Shown here in pieces: positions 9,739 to 21,174 of a stretch of DNA of 64,000 nucleotides. The stretch is from positions 7,678-71,677 of the forward strand of contig DASVHW010000043.1 in the NCBI GenBank assembly GCA_036382395.1, read 5' to 3'. Each line of letters opens with the position of its first letter. The stretch's first letter is position 1. The notes beneath the pieces are model-generated. The model ran no database searches. It was not told the origin of the DNA and saw nothing but the letters and a program-made list of their open reading frames with translations. Origin of the DNA: Candidatus Binatia bacterium. Its GTDB lineage: Bacteria > Desulfobacterota > Binatia > HRBIN30. A program made the position numbers and the translations under genes.

Positions 9739-11346
9739 TCACATCCGGAACACGCCCGGTCGCGTATCGGGGATCGGGCCGTGGGCGGCAGCCGCAAGGG
9801 CGAGGCCGAGGACGTGCCGGGTGTCGATGGGGTCAAGCACGCCGTCATCCCAGAGCCGCCCGGTCGAATAGTAGGGACTGCCTTCTCGTTCGTACTTCGC
9901 GAGGATGGGCGCCATGAACGCTTCTTGCTCCGCCGGCGTCAGTGTCTGCTGCCTGCTGGCGAGCTGCTGCAGCTTGACGGTAAGCAGCGTGCTGGCGGCC
10001 TGTTCGCCTCCCATCACCGATATGCGGCCGCCGGGCCACATACACAGCAGGCGCGGGCTGTAGGCACGGCCGCACATCCCGTAATTGCCCGCACCATTCG
10101 AGGCCCCGATGATCACCGTAAACTTCGGCACGGCCACCGTGCTGACCGCGTGCACCATTTTCGCGCCATCCTTGGCGATGCCACCTTGCTCGTACTTCTT
10201 TCCAACCATGAAACCGGTGATGTTCTGCAGAAAGATCAGGGGGATTTTCCGTTGCCCGCACAGCTCGATGAAGTGCGTCCCTTTGAGCGAGGACTCGGAG
10301 AACAGCGCACCGTTGTTCGCGACGAGGCCAACCAGATAGCCGTGGATACGGGCAAAGCCGGTGACCAGCGTGGTGCCGTAGAGCGGCTTGAACTCATGCA
10401 GTCGGCTGCCGTCCACCAGGCGCGCGATGATTTCGCGGACGTCGTACTGCCTTCTCGCATCGCATGGGAGGATGCCGTAGATCTCGCGCGCTTCGTACGC
10501 AGGCTCCTCCGGTGTCTGCTGATCCAGCACCGAGGGTGGCGCCGGACCCAGATTCTCAAAGATTGAGCGCGTAATTTCGATGGCGTGTTGGTCATTGGCG
10601 GCGAGATAATCGGAGACCCCGGAGATGCGCGTGTGCACATCACCGCCGCCGAGCTCCTCCGCCGACACCTCTTCGCCGGTGGCGGCCTTCACCAGCGGCG
10701 GTCCTCCCAGAAAAATCGTACCGACACCGCGCACGATCACGTTTTCGTCGCACATGGCGGGCACATACGCCCCGCCAGCCGTGCATGAGCCCATGACGAC
10801 CGCGATCTGCGCCATGCCGGCAGCGGAGAGGCGCGCTTGATTGAAAAAGATCCGCCCGAAATGCTCGCGGTCGGGGAAGATCTCCGCCTGCAGGGGCAGG
10901 AATGCACCGCCCGAGTCCACCAGGTACACACACGGCAGGCGGTTCTCCAACGCGATCTCTTGGGCGCGGAGGTGCTTCTTCACCGTCATCGGGAAGTAGG
11001 TACCGCCCTTGACCGTCGCATCGTTCGCCACAATCACCGTCTGCCGGCCACTGACGGTGCCGATACCCGTGACGATACCGGCCCCAGGAGCTTCGTTGTC
11101 GTACAGGCCGTACGCCGCCAGCGGCGACAGCTCCAGAAACGGCGTGTCCGGGTCGATCAGCGCGTCGATACGTTCGCGGGCGAGCAGTTTCCCGCGCTCT
11201 TTGTGGCGTCGCCGCAACTCTTCCGGTCCGCCGGCCCGCACCTCGAGCAGCCGCGCACGCAACTCCGCAGCCAGCGACTCGTTGTAGCGGCGGTTCTCTT
11301 CGAACCCCGGGTCAGTGAGGCGAACCTTAGTTTCAATCCGGCGCAT
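9739..11346 (-). CDS. Acyl-CoA carboxylase carboxyltransferase (beta) subunit, methylcrotonyl-CoA carboxylase beta-like.
   Basis: Carboxyl-transferase domain ('[20 protein letters not shown]', 'GGAYVPAM'). The track ORF extends to 11418, but the conserved N-terminus 'MRRIETKV' starts at the ATG at 11346. Confidence 0.85.
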   Translation of the reverse strand: MRRIETKVRLTDPGFEENRRYNESLAAELRARLLEVRAGGPEELRRRHKERGKLLARERIDALIDPDTPFLELSPLAAYGLYDNEAPGAGIVTGIGTVSGRQTVIVANDATVKGGTYFPMTVKKHLRAQEIALENRLPCVYLVDSGGAFLPLQAEIFPDREHFGRIFFNQARLSAAGMAQIAVVMGSCTAGGAYVPAMCDENVIVRGVGTIFLGGPPLVKAATGEEVSAEELGGGDVHTRISGVSDYLAANDQHAIEITRSIFENLGPAPPSVLDQQTPEEPAYEAREIYGILPCDARRQYDVREIIARLVDGSRLHEFKPLYGTTLVTGFARIHGYLVGLVANNGALFSESSLKGTHFIELCGQRKIPLIFLQNITGFMVGKKYEQGGIAKDGAKMVHAVSTVAVPKFTVIIGASNGAGNYGMCGRAYSPRLLCMWPGGRISVMGGEQAASTLLTVKLQQLASRQQTLTPAEQEAFMAPILAKYEREGSPYYSTGRLWDDGVLDPIDTRHVLGLALAAAAHGPIPDTRPGVFRM

Positions 11347-11502
11347 TGGAGAACAGATACCAGATCGAGGACAGGGTCGGCCAGCGGCCCGAAGGCCATC
11401 TTCGCCGCACCCATCCATGGCGAGTTTCCGGCCCGTGTTTCCGGCCCGTTGCCACCAGGGCGAACTCGTGATAGCAAAATCCAGTTTTTGCCTGCAAGGT
11501 CA

Positions 11503-12066
11503 ATGGGGAAACACGTTCTGGACGGACAGCGCAACCGGGATATCGCCGGTGTGGTGAATCGCCTCCACCACCGGCTGGACTTTCGTTTTCCGCCGTTTCG
11601 CTTCGAAGATTTCCTTCGCGCGTTTGAGACCTACAAGATTTTCGAGGTCGACATGCCGCTGGGCCTCGATGGGCGAATCTTCTTGACCCCGGATGGCGAA
11701 CAGAAGACCATCTACCTGCGCAAGGACAATCCACGCACCCGGCTGCGATTCACGTTGGCGCACGAGATCATGCACGCGGAACTGCATTCCCGCAGCGGCA
11801 ACTTGCAAAACCTTACGGCCTGCCGGACCTCGGAGCACCACCGCGACGGGCGGCGTAACGTCTTAGAGCGCGAGGCTGATCTGGGTGCTGCAACCTTACT
11901 GATGCCGCTGTCGATGATCGATCGCCACCTACCCTATCGCATCAGGCGGGAGTATCGTGATTCCGTGGTCAAAGACATGGCACGTCTGTTTCGAGTCAGC
12001 GAAACCGCGAGGCGCATCCAACTGAAGAACTACGTCGCATACCCCGGGGAAATTGTCGCGCCTTAA
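11503..12066 (+). CDS. ImmA/IrrE-family (DUF955) zinc metallopeptidase-domain protein.
   Basis: HEXXH motif 'LAHEIMHAELH' in the DUF955 context. The ATG at 11503 sits after the divergent carboxyltransferase start. The upstream part of the track ORF (10837..11502) is antisense to that gene. Confidence 0.6.
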   Translation: MGKHVLDGQRNRDIAGVVNRLHHRLDFRFPPFRFEDFLRAFETYKIFEVDMPLGLDGRIFLTPDGEQKTIYLRKDNPRTRLRFTLAHEIMHAELHSRSGNLQNLTACRTSEHHRDGRRNVLEREADLGAATLLMPLSMIDRHLPYRIRREYRDSVVKDMARLFRVSETARRIQLKNYVAYPGEIVAP

Positions 12067-12175
12067 GCATCTGAACCCTGACCCGCTGCCGGAGGCGAGG
12101 GGACCCAACAGGGTACGTTGCCGAACTTATGAACCGGTGCACTGAGCCCTCAGCCGGATCCCGCATGGGCATTCG

Positions 12176-14071
<1,896 letters not shown>

Positions 14072-14128
14072 TCAGCAGGTCTCATGTAGCAAAACCAAGG
14101 CGGGAAAAAAGCAACATCGACCACTGCC

Positions 14129-14329
14129 CTAGCTCACCACCACCGCCCACAAGGTCCACGCAACGACACCCCACAGAGCCAAGCTGATAAGTGTTCCGGT
14201 AACAAACCCGAAGAATGGAATGTCACGCGTATCCTCGGGCGCCAGATCGTCAACTCGCCATGCCGCTCGGCTGTAAACCAGTTCCATAACTACCCTCCCG
14301 GTATTTCCGTAAAGCAATGGCTGTGCCAC
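14129..14329 (-). CDS. Small hypothetical membrane protein (66 aa) between bioA and bioD.
   Basis: ORF with a hydrophobic C-terminal helix 'FFGFVTGTLISLALWGVVAWTLWAVVV'. No recognised family. Support is positional only. Confidence 0.25.
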   Translation of the reverse strand: MAQPLLYGNTGRVVMELVYSRAAWRVDDLAPEDTRDIPFFGFVTGTLISLALWGVVAWTLWAVVVS

Positions 14330-14429
14330 CAGCGGTATTCGCTAACATAGGGCGCCGCCGAGCGAAATATCTTCTAATCAGAAGGCGAATACTGCAAGGA
14401 ATTTCCTAATTTTGCCGGAAGAATATGGT

Positions 14430-15794
14430 TCATGGCGCTTCTGTAACCTGGATGATCGAATCACGGACTACATCGCTGAGGAAATCCACCTGGTCTTCGG
14501 TGATGCAAAGCGGCGGCATCAACACAATTACGTTGCCGAGCGGCCGCAGAATGATGCCCCGTTTTCGAGCTTCCATGATGGTGCGCACGCCGACACGATC
14601 TGATGCCGCAAACGGATGTCGATTGTCACAATTTCGTACCAATTCGATACCAACCATTAGTCCTAGCTGTCGTATATCACCGACATGGCGTAACGGCAGG
14701 AAGTCACTCTCAAGTTTGCTGCGCAGTTGCTGGCTGCGCCGAATCACATTCTCGAGCACCCCTTCGTTCTCAAAAACCTGCAAACTAGCGAGTGCCACCG
14801 CGCAAGCAAGTGCATTACCGGTGTAAGTATGGCCGTGAAAGAAGGCCTTGAACTCTTCGTATGGCGCGAGGAAGGTCTGGAAGATCTCTTCCGTAGCGAA
14901 GGTCGCGGCCAGGGGAAGATACCCGCCAGTGATGCCCTTGCCGACACACATGAGATCCGGTTCGACCTGTTCGTGTTCAACAGCGAACATCTTCCCCGTC
15001 CGGCCAAACCCGGTGGCGACCTCGTCGCAGATCAGCAAGACACCATGCTGGCGGGTCAGCTGGCGCAGCCCCCGTACGTAGCCAGCGGGCTGCGACCACA
15101 TGCCGGCGGCACCCTGCATCAGCGGCTCGATGACAAGGGCGGCAATTTCGTCGCCTTTGCTTCCCAAGAGCGCCGCAGCCTCCGCCAGTGCGCTTTGCAG
15201 CGCATCCTCTTCATTCATCCCACGCTGCCAGCGGTAGACGTGGGGTGGATTCAGCCGATGGCAGGGGAAGAGCGCGGACTTGAAAAAGCGGTGGAAGGTC
15301 TCCGAGTACCCCACGCTGACGGCGCCGAGTGTATCGCCGTGGTATGACTCGGTCAGGGCCGCAAAGCGCGTCCGTTTCGTCTCTCCTCGGAGTTGCCAGT
15401 ACTGCAGCGCCAACTTCAGCGCGATTTCCACCGCCGTCGCGCCAGCATCAGAAAAGAACACCCGAGTCAAACCGCGTGGGGCGATATCGGCTAATCGTTT
15501 GGCGAGGATGATCGACGGCACGCTCGCCAGTCCCAGCAATGTGGAGTGCGCGATTTGCTCCGCCTGCTCGCGCAGAGCCCTGTCCAGCTCGGGATGGCGA
15601 TGCCCGTGCACGTTGCACCAGAGTGACGACACCCCATCCAGGTAGCGCGTGCCGGAGACGTCAATCAGGTACGCCCCTTCGCCGCTCGCAATGATCAGCG
15701 GTTCCTCGGCCAGCCACTCCTGCATCTGGGTAAACGGATGCCACAGATGGGCGTGGTCCCATCGCGCCAGCTCGGCGGGGTCGAAGCGGGTCAC
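14430..15794 (-). CDS. bioA: Adenosylmethionine-8-amino-7-oxononanoate aminotransferase.
   Basis: Class-III PLP aminotransferase with a BioA-type N-terminus 'WHPFTQMQEW...'. GTG start at 15794 overlaps the bioF stop (GTGA). Confidence 0.9.
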   Translation of the reverse strand: MTRFDPAELARWDHAHLWHPFTQMQEWLAEEPLIIASGEGAYLIDVSGTRYLDGVSSLWCNVHGHRHPELDRALREQAEQIAHSTLLGLASVPSIILAKRLADIAPRGLTRVFFSDAGATAVEIALKLALQYWQLRGETKRTRFAALTESYHGDTLGAVSVGYSETFHRFFKSALFPCHRLNPPHVYRWQRGMNEEDALQSALAEAAALLGSKGDEIAALVIEPLMQGAAGMWSQPAGYVRGLRQLTRQHGVLLICDEVATGFGRTGKMFAVEHEQVEPDLMCVGKGITGGYLPLAATFATEEIFQTFLAPYEEFKAFFHGHTYTGNALACAVALASLQVFENEGVLENVIRRSQQLRSKLESDFLPLRHVGDIRQLGLMVGIELVRNCDNRHPFAASDRVGVRTIMEARKRGIILRPLGNVIVLMPPLCITEDQVDFLSDVVRDSIIQVTEAP

Positions 15795-16957
15795 GATTCC
15801 TCCGAAAAGACCCGCCGAAAGGCCTCCAACGCAAAGGCCAGATCCTCCTGCGTGTGCGTGCTCATTGCCGTCACCCGGAGTCGCGCCGTGCCCGCAGGGA
15901 CGGTGGGCGGCCGGATGCCTTGCACGAACACGCCTGCGGCGAGCAAACGATCTGAAACACGCATGGCACGATCCGCGTCACCGATCGGCACCGGCAGGAT
16001 GTGAGTTGGCCGCGCGCCAACGCTCAGGCCGATCTGTTTGAATCCACGGTGGAGGTACGCGGCATTGTCTTCAAGCCGCTGCCTGCGCTCGGGATCGCTG
16101 GAGATGATGGTGAGTGCGGCTGCCGCCGCCGCCACCACCGGCGGGGGCAAGGCCGTAGTGTACACGAAGCTGCGAGCGGTATTGAGCAGCAGGTCGACCA
16201 GGGCACGGCTGCCGGCGACGAACGCGCCGAAGGTTCCCACCGCCTTACCCAGCGTACCCATCTGGATCGCAACGCGTTGCTGCAACCCCTCCGCCGCCAC
16301 CACACCACAGCCCTGTGGCCCCACGACGCCGGTGGCGTGCGCCTCATCCACCATGACGAACGCACCATGACGCTCCGCCACCTCACAGATGGCGGACAAT
16401 GGCGCCGTGTCACCGTCCATGCTGAATATCGACTCGGTCACCACCAGCTTCCGCCGCGCGGTCGTGCCGGCAAGCAAGGCGGCCAACGCTCCGACGTCGT
16501 TATGCCGGTAGACGCAAATGCGTGCCCCCGACAGGCGACAGCCGTCGATGACGCTGGCATGGTTCAGCTCATCGCTGAATACCGCATCCTCCTTGCCCAG
16601 CAAAGCAGTGATGGTCCCGATATTCGCGTGGTACCCTGAGTTGAACAGGAGCGCCGCCTCGGTGCACTTGAACGCCGCCAGCTGCTCCTCCAGCGCATGA
16701 TGCAGGCGCATGGATCCTGAGATCAGGCGGGACGCACCTGCACCGGCGCCGTAATCGACAGCGGCCTTCTGGGCCGCTTCTCTTACGGCGGGGTGATTTG
16801 CCAGGCCGAGATAGTTATTCGAGCACAAGAGCAGCGCGCGGCGGCCATCCACGGTCACCCATGTATCTTGAGCCCCGTCGATCCACCGCGGCCGGCGCTG
16901 CAATCCAGCCGTCCGAAGCGCCTCCAACTCACGCCTGGCGAAATCGTCGATTACCAT
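15791..16957 (-). CDS. bioF: 8-amino-7-oxononanoate synthase.
   Basis: Class-II aminotransferase/AONS signature ('LLCSNNYLGLANHP', 'SGYHANIG', 'DEAHATG'). Start chosen at the ATG at 16957 ('MVIDDFARRELEAL'); the track ORF extends to 17107. Confidence 0.85.
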   Translation of the reverse strand: MVIDDFARRELEALRTAGLQRRPRWIDGAQDTWVTVDGRRALLLCSNNYLGLANHPAVREAAQKAAVDYGAGAGASRLISGSMRLHHALEEQLAAFKCTEAALLFNSGYHANIGTITALLGKEDAVFSDELNHASVIDGCRLSGARICVYRHNDVGALAALLAGTTARRKLVVTESIFSMDGDTAPLSAICEVAERHGAFVMVDEAHATGVVGPQGCGVVAAEGLQQRVAIQMGTLGKAVGTFGAFVAGSRALVDLLLNTARSFVYTTALPPPVVAAAAAALTIISSDPERRQRLEDNAAYLHRGFKQIGLSVGARPTHILPVPIGDADRAMRVSDRLLAAGVFVQGIRPPTVPAGTARLRVTAMSTHTQEDLAFALEAFRRVFSEES

Positions 16958-17225
16958 CGGTTCCCGACGATTAGACTTGCGTGCTCGGGCTGTCAACGTC
17001 CCCACGGCCAGGCGAACTTGCCTTTGCCGGCGTTGATGGCGCGGCCGCATCGCCCTCGCCATCGGCGCGCGCAGGTTGCGGTCGCGGGCGACGCCCGGCC
17101 GTTCCACTACCGCATCGTGGGCTTCCTTCTCTGGAACTACGCCGATGGCGGGCAGCGGGGTACTCGCTCTAAGCCGTAGGGGCTGCTACAGAACCCTCGG
17201 ACTTTGTCATCGTCGAAATCTGAAT

Positions 17226-17579
17226 ATGGCTAAACTGCGTGTGCTCTTCGAGAGCGGTGCTCCGGAACGGACCATCGAATTCGACCCCGCCAAGGCTCCA
17301 TTCCAGCATAACGGCCGGCCGGGATCGATCCTCGACGTGCTACTGAGCCATGGCGTGCATCTCGAGCACGCCTGCGGCGGCAACTGTGCGTGCACCACCT
17401 GCCACGTGATCGTGAAGACTGGCGAAGGGAAGCTCTCCGAAGCGGAGGAGAACGAACTCGACCTTCTGGACAGAGCGCCGGGGCTGACATCCACGTCGCG
17501 CCTCGGATGTCAGGCGGTCATCCAGGATGATGCTGAGATTACCGTCCTCAGGCCGCGTTTCACTATCAACGCGGCCTGA
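17226..17579 (+). CDS. 2Fe-2S ferredoxin (adrenodoxin/ISC-Fdx type).
   Basis: Cys pattern 'CGGNCACTTCH ... C' typical of vertebrate-type 2Fe-2S ferredoxins. ATG at 17226 ('MAKLRVLF'). Confidence 0.75.
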   Translation: MAKLRVLFESGAPERTIEFDPAKAPFQHNGRPGSILDVLLSHGVHLEHACGGNCACTTCHVIVKTGEGKLSEAEENELDLLDRAPGLTSTSRLGCQAVIQDDAEITVLRPRFTINAA

Positions 17580-17605
17580 GGACGGCAGCGTGAGGGCGTC
17601 AAAGC

Positions 17606-18313
17606 GTGGAGCGTGAGAGCGACACTCCGCAGCGTGTAACGTACGCAGCAACGGTCGAACGCATGATCGAGAGCGCGCCTGGCACCAGGTCGCTTTTCTT
17701 GCGTCTTCCGCCGTCGCAACACTTCACCTTCATCCCCGGACAATTCATCTCCTGCTTGCTTCCGCTCGATGGCGAGCCTGCCATCCGGCCGTACTCAATC
17801 GCATCGAGTCCCGAAGAACCCGCACTGCTCGAGATCTGCTTGAACCTCGTACCCGGCGGTGTGGGTTCGCGATATCTTTTCAGCCTGGCCGTCGGTGCTG
17901 CTGTCCGGTTCACCGGACCGTGGGGACGCTTCACGCTGGACCGGCAGCCGCAGGCGGAATGTGTGTTCCTCGCCGAGGGCACCGGTATCGTGCCGATCCG
18001 CCCAATGCTGTGGCGCGCGCTGCAGAGCCGGGATACGTACCCACTGCGGCTGCATTACGCCGCTGCGAGTGCATCCCACCTGCTGTATGCCGACGAATTC
18101 GAGCGGGCGGCCCGGGAGCAGCCGCGATTCACCTTTGCTCCCTTGTTGGGTGTCTCGCTCGTCGAGCTCGTTACGCAGCACTACCTTGCAGGTGACACCG
18201 ACCGCACACGCCATTTCTACATCTGCGGCGTCGGCACAATCATCCCGCAGCTGCGCGATCTGCTGCGTCGTGGCGGATACGAGCGCCGCGCCGTGCACTA
18301 CGAGAAGTGGTAA
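17606..18313 (+). CDS. FNR-family FAD/NAD(P)-binding oxidoreductase (ferredoxin-NADP+ reductase-like).
   Basis: 'RPYSIASSP' FAD-binding RxYS motif and 'FLAEGTGIVPIRPML' NAD(P)-binding glycine-rich motif. Directly downstream of the ferredoxin. Confidence 0.75.
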   Translation: MERESDTPQRVTYAATVERMIESAPGTRSLFLRLPPSQHFTFIPGQFISCLLPLDGEPAIRPYSIASSPEEPALLEICLNLVPGGVGSRYLFSLAVGAAVRFTGPWGRFTLDRQPQAECVFLAEGTGIVPIRPMLWRALQSRDTYPLRLHYAAASASHLLYADEFERAAREQPRFTFAPLLGVSLVELVTQHYLAGDTDRTRHFYICGVGTIIPQLRDLLRRGGYERRAVHYEKW

Positions 18314-18397
18314 CCCACGCTGTCGAGACGGCTTCGGTAATCACCGATGCCGCAGCCCCGCAGAGCGCAACTCACGCCTCACAGGACGAACGGAATC

Positions 18398-19648
18398 TCA
18401 GGGCAAGCTCAAGTTGATGGTGGCAGATCGTCCGCCTTCGAGGTAGGGATCGTTGCTGGAAGTCGACAGCGCACCGGAGCCCGGAATGGTAAAGCGGTCG
18501 ATCACCAGACCAACCACTGGGACGTCCGTGCCCCGCACGACCAGGTGTGCGGTATCGGTGCCGACGGCGCTGCGGTGTAGGGCAAACAGGGAGCTGAAGC
18601 GCAAGCGGTTGAAGCAGGTGACGATGGTGGCGCCAGAGAACCGCTGTTCGAACTCGTTAACCACCGCCAGTTGTACATTGGCGCTCGACGGCAGTTGGTT
18701 GACCAAATCCTGCGAGCAGGGCACCAACACCAAGTCGCTGTCGGATCCGGCTTGGTTGGCGAGCACATTGAAATGCAAGCGGTCCGGACATTGCTCGTAG
18801 GTGATCCCGTCCAGCGAGACGACGCCGGTGAAATCGCCGGGGCTCAAGCGCCTGAATGCAATCGCGCTGTAGCCAACCATCTGGCCCTTCGTGTCGGACA
18901 TCAGCGCCCGGCCTTGCAGGGCATTGTAGGAGCTGAGGCCGGCGTCCGGCGTGCTCGGGACGACGACACATTTCAACTCGCCGTCGCCGAAGAAGGGCGA
19001 AGCGAGACGGCCGCCCGTTCCGTTTGCACCCGTGCTGGCCATCCATGATACCGGCTGATTCGGTGTCAGACTGAGGGAAAAACCGATCTCGTTGCAGGTT
19101 CCGCTACTGACGTAGAAGCATTCCACCGCAACGCGGGAGCCGGTAAGGTTCACCATCTCTATGCGCGTATCCTCCGTCGCCGAGGCCCGGACAAGCGGAT
19201 AAATCAACACCGCTGAAGGGAGCTTTTGCGCCGGCGGTACACCAACAACCTGGAACCCGGTGGGATCCGAACTCGATAGGGCGGCCGTCGGTGACGCCGT
19301 TGGCGTGGAGCTGAGAGTGAACGTCGCCGTTGCCGAAGGACTCGATGTGGCGGTTGTCGATGCCGTCGCGGTGGGGATGGAAGTTGCCGTGTACGTCGCC
19401 GTGGGCGTCAATGTCGGGGCGAGCGTGGCGTTGGGAACCGTCGTTGACGTCGGAATGAGAGTCGCTGTTGCCGTGGCCGTATTCGGTGGCGCATCCGTCG
19501 GCGTCGCGGTTGGCGGCGGGGTCGGTGTCAACATCGCCACGGTCGCCGTCGGCATAGTGCGGCGGGGCAAGAAATTGAACCGCCCATGACCAACATGGTG
19601 CATGTACAGCAAGGACAAAGCGGCCAGTATGCGGAGTAGCTCACTCAT
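18398..19648 (-). CDS. Secreted protein of unknown family. It has a signal peptide, a long Thr/Pro/Ala-rich low-complexity linker and a C-terminal ~270-aa Cys-containing domain.
   Basis: ATG at 19648 and hydrophobic N-terminus. TP-rich tract 'TPTPPPTATPTDAPPNTATATATLIPTSTT...'. The C-terminal domain shares 'PPAQKLPSA', 'ECFY', 'CNEIGF', 'QCP', 'VGTDTAH' with the adjacent paralog. Confidence 0.6.
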   Translation of the reverse strand: MSELLRILAALSLLYMHHVGHGRFNFLPRRTMPTATVAMLTPTPPPTATPTDAPPNTATATATLIPTSTTVPNATLAPTLTPTATYTATSIPTATASTTATSSPSATATFTLSSTPTASPTAALSSSDPTGFQVVGVPPAQKLPSAVLIYPLVRASATEDTRIEMVNLTGSRVAVECFYVSSGTCNEIGFSLSLTPNQPVSWMASTGANGTGGRLASPFFGDGELKCVVVPSTPDAGLSSYNALQGRALMSDTKGQMVGYSAIAFRRLSPGDFTGVVSLDGITYEQCPDRLHFNVLANQAGSDSDLVLVPCSQDLVNQLPSSANVQLAVVNEFEQRFSGATIVTCFNRLRFSSLFALHRSAVGTDTAHLVVRGTDVPVVGLVIDRFTIPGSGALSTSSNDPYLEGGRSATINLSLP

Positions 19649-19653
19649 GGCAT

Positions 19654-20589
19654 CTACGGAAAGGTCACGGTCGCAGAGCTACCGCCCTCGAAGGAAGGCT
19701 CATTGCCGGCAGTGCCGGTAGTGCCTCGGAACGGCACCTCATCCACGACCAATCCCAGGAGCGGTCCACCCGAGCCACGGACGACCACATGCGCCGTGTC
19801 GGTACCCACGACTGCTCGGGTCAGGGTGCCGGCGCCGATGTCCGTCAACGGGCGCTGGTCGAAGCATTTCAGGGTGCTGGCTGTGGAGAACTGCGATTCG
19901 AACTCGTTGTAGATGACGAACTGCACCCCCAGCGAGGTCGGGGTTTGCGTCAGCAAATTCTCGGTGCAGGGCACGAGAACCATCTCGCTCGAAGAGGTTG
20001 GTTGGTCCGCCGTCAGGACATCGAAGTGCAACCTGCTGGGGCACTGCGCGTATGTCGTCCCATCGAGCTTGAACACCCCGGTGTAGTCACCAGCGCTGAG
20101 GCGTTGAAAGCCTACGGCGCCGTAGGAAGCGGACTGCCCGTTCGACGAGGTAAAGATGGTCGCGCGCCCCTGAATGGCGTTGTGGGAATCGAGATCTGGC
20201 AAGGTTGCCTGCACGGCGCACTTCAATTCGCCCGTCCCAAAGAACGGCGGAGCAGCGCTGCTCCCACTGTTGAGCCCGGAACTGGCCAGCCACGCCATCG
20301 GCTGGTACGGCGTCAAAAGGACCATAAAGCCGATCTCGTTGCAGGATGCCCCGTCGATGTAGAAGCATTCGACCAACTGGGGATCGCCGGACAGATTGAC
20401 CAATTCAATTCGAGTGTCTTGCGCCAGATGGTTGGGTTGATCTTCAGACACCTGGACGAGCGGGAAGACGAGCAGCGCCGAGGGCAGCTTCTGGGCTGGA
20501 GGACCCCCTGCCCAGGCGCTTGAGAGCGACAACAACACTGCCCCCAAAACAACCAGCGCCTGTTTAGCCCACCACAGCAAACGCATCAC
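19654..20589 (-). CDS. Secreted Cys-containing protein, paralog of 18398..19648 without the TP-rich linker.
   Basis: Signal peptide 'MMRLLWWAKQALVVLGAVLLSLSSAWA'. Collinear conserved motifs with the upstream paralog. 5 nt downstream of the other gene's start. Confidence 0.6.
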   Translation of the reverse strand: MMRLLWWAKQALVVLGAVLLSLSSAWAGGPPAQKLPSALLVFPLVQVSEDQPNHLAQDTRIELVNLSGDPQLVECFYIDGASCNEIGFMVLLTPYQPMAWLASSGLNSGSSAAPPFFGTGELKCAVQATLPDLDSHNAIQGRATIFTSSNGQSASYGAVGFQRLSAGDYTGVFKLDGTTYAQCPSRLHFDVLTADQPTSSSEMVLVPCTENLLTQTPTSLGVQFVIYNEFESQFSTASTLKCFDQRPLTDIGAGTLTRAVVGTDTAHVVVRGSGGPLLGLVVDEVPFRGTTGTAGNEPSFEGGSSATVTFP

Positions 20590-20721
20590 TCACCCACACA
20601 AGCGAGCATCGTAGATGCCCGCCGAGATCAAATCAAGCCTAAAAGTCGCGTGCTGTCACGAAAAAAGCCTGCCAGTCCGCCAGGGTACAGCAACAATAGG
20701 GTTTTGTGCTAAGAGGGCTGC

Positions 20722-21174
20722 ATGCCTGACCGTCCCCCGCACATCCGGCGGAGCCGACGCACCGACTTCAACGCGGTGATGAAGCTGCTGGCCACCAGCG
20801 GCATTCCGGTCCCGCCGCCCGATCGCGCCACACTACGGCGCTTCCGGCACATCGTTGCCGACCTCGGGACTGACTTCTACCTCGCTTTGGTTGACGGTAC
20901 GCCGGTCGGTCTCGTACACGTAACCTATGCGCGTGCACTCACGCATGGACCCCGGGCCGGACTCAACCAGCTTGTGGTCGCCGACTCGTTTCGCCACCGC
21001 GGCATCGGCGCAGCGCTCCTCGATTTCGCCGCGCGCCGGGCCCGCAAACGCGGCTGCACGATTCTCTCTTGCGCGTTGCCGGCCGCGGGCGCCTCTCTCC
21101 GTGAGCTCTTTGCGAAGACCGGTCTTGAACCGGGCGGCGAATGGTTCGTCAAGAGGCTGCGCAGTGATGAGTGA
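20722..21174 (+). CDS. GNAT-family N-acetyltransferase.
   Basis: Acetyl-CoA binding motif 'FRHRGIGAALLDFAARRARKRGC'. 150 aa. Stop overlaps the gdh start. Confidence 0.7.
   Translation: MPDRPPHIRRSRRTDFNAVMKLLATSGIPVPPPDRATLRRFRHIVADLGTDFYLALVDGTPVGLVHVTYARALTHGPRAGLNQLVVADSFRHRGIGAALLDFAARRARKRGCTILSCALPAAGASLRELFAKTGLEPGGEWFVKRLRSDE

Noticed and set aside
10837-11502. N-terminal 222-aa extension of the ImmA-like ORF
   Set aside because: It overlaps the carboxyltransferase gene on the opposite strand. The conserved peptidase domain begins at the ATG at 11503, so I truncated the call.
16958-17107. 50-aa N-terminal extension of bioF
   Set aside because: The homologous AONS N-terminus begins at the ATG at 16957. 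The extension is Arg-rich and unlikely to be coding.
19260-19589. 109-aa Val/Gly/Ala-rich plus-strand ORF
   Set aside because: It is the antisense reading of the Thr/Pro/Ala-rich linker (low complexity) of the secreted protein gene.
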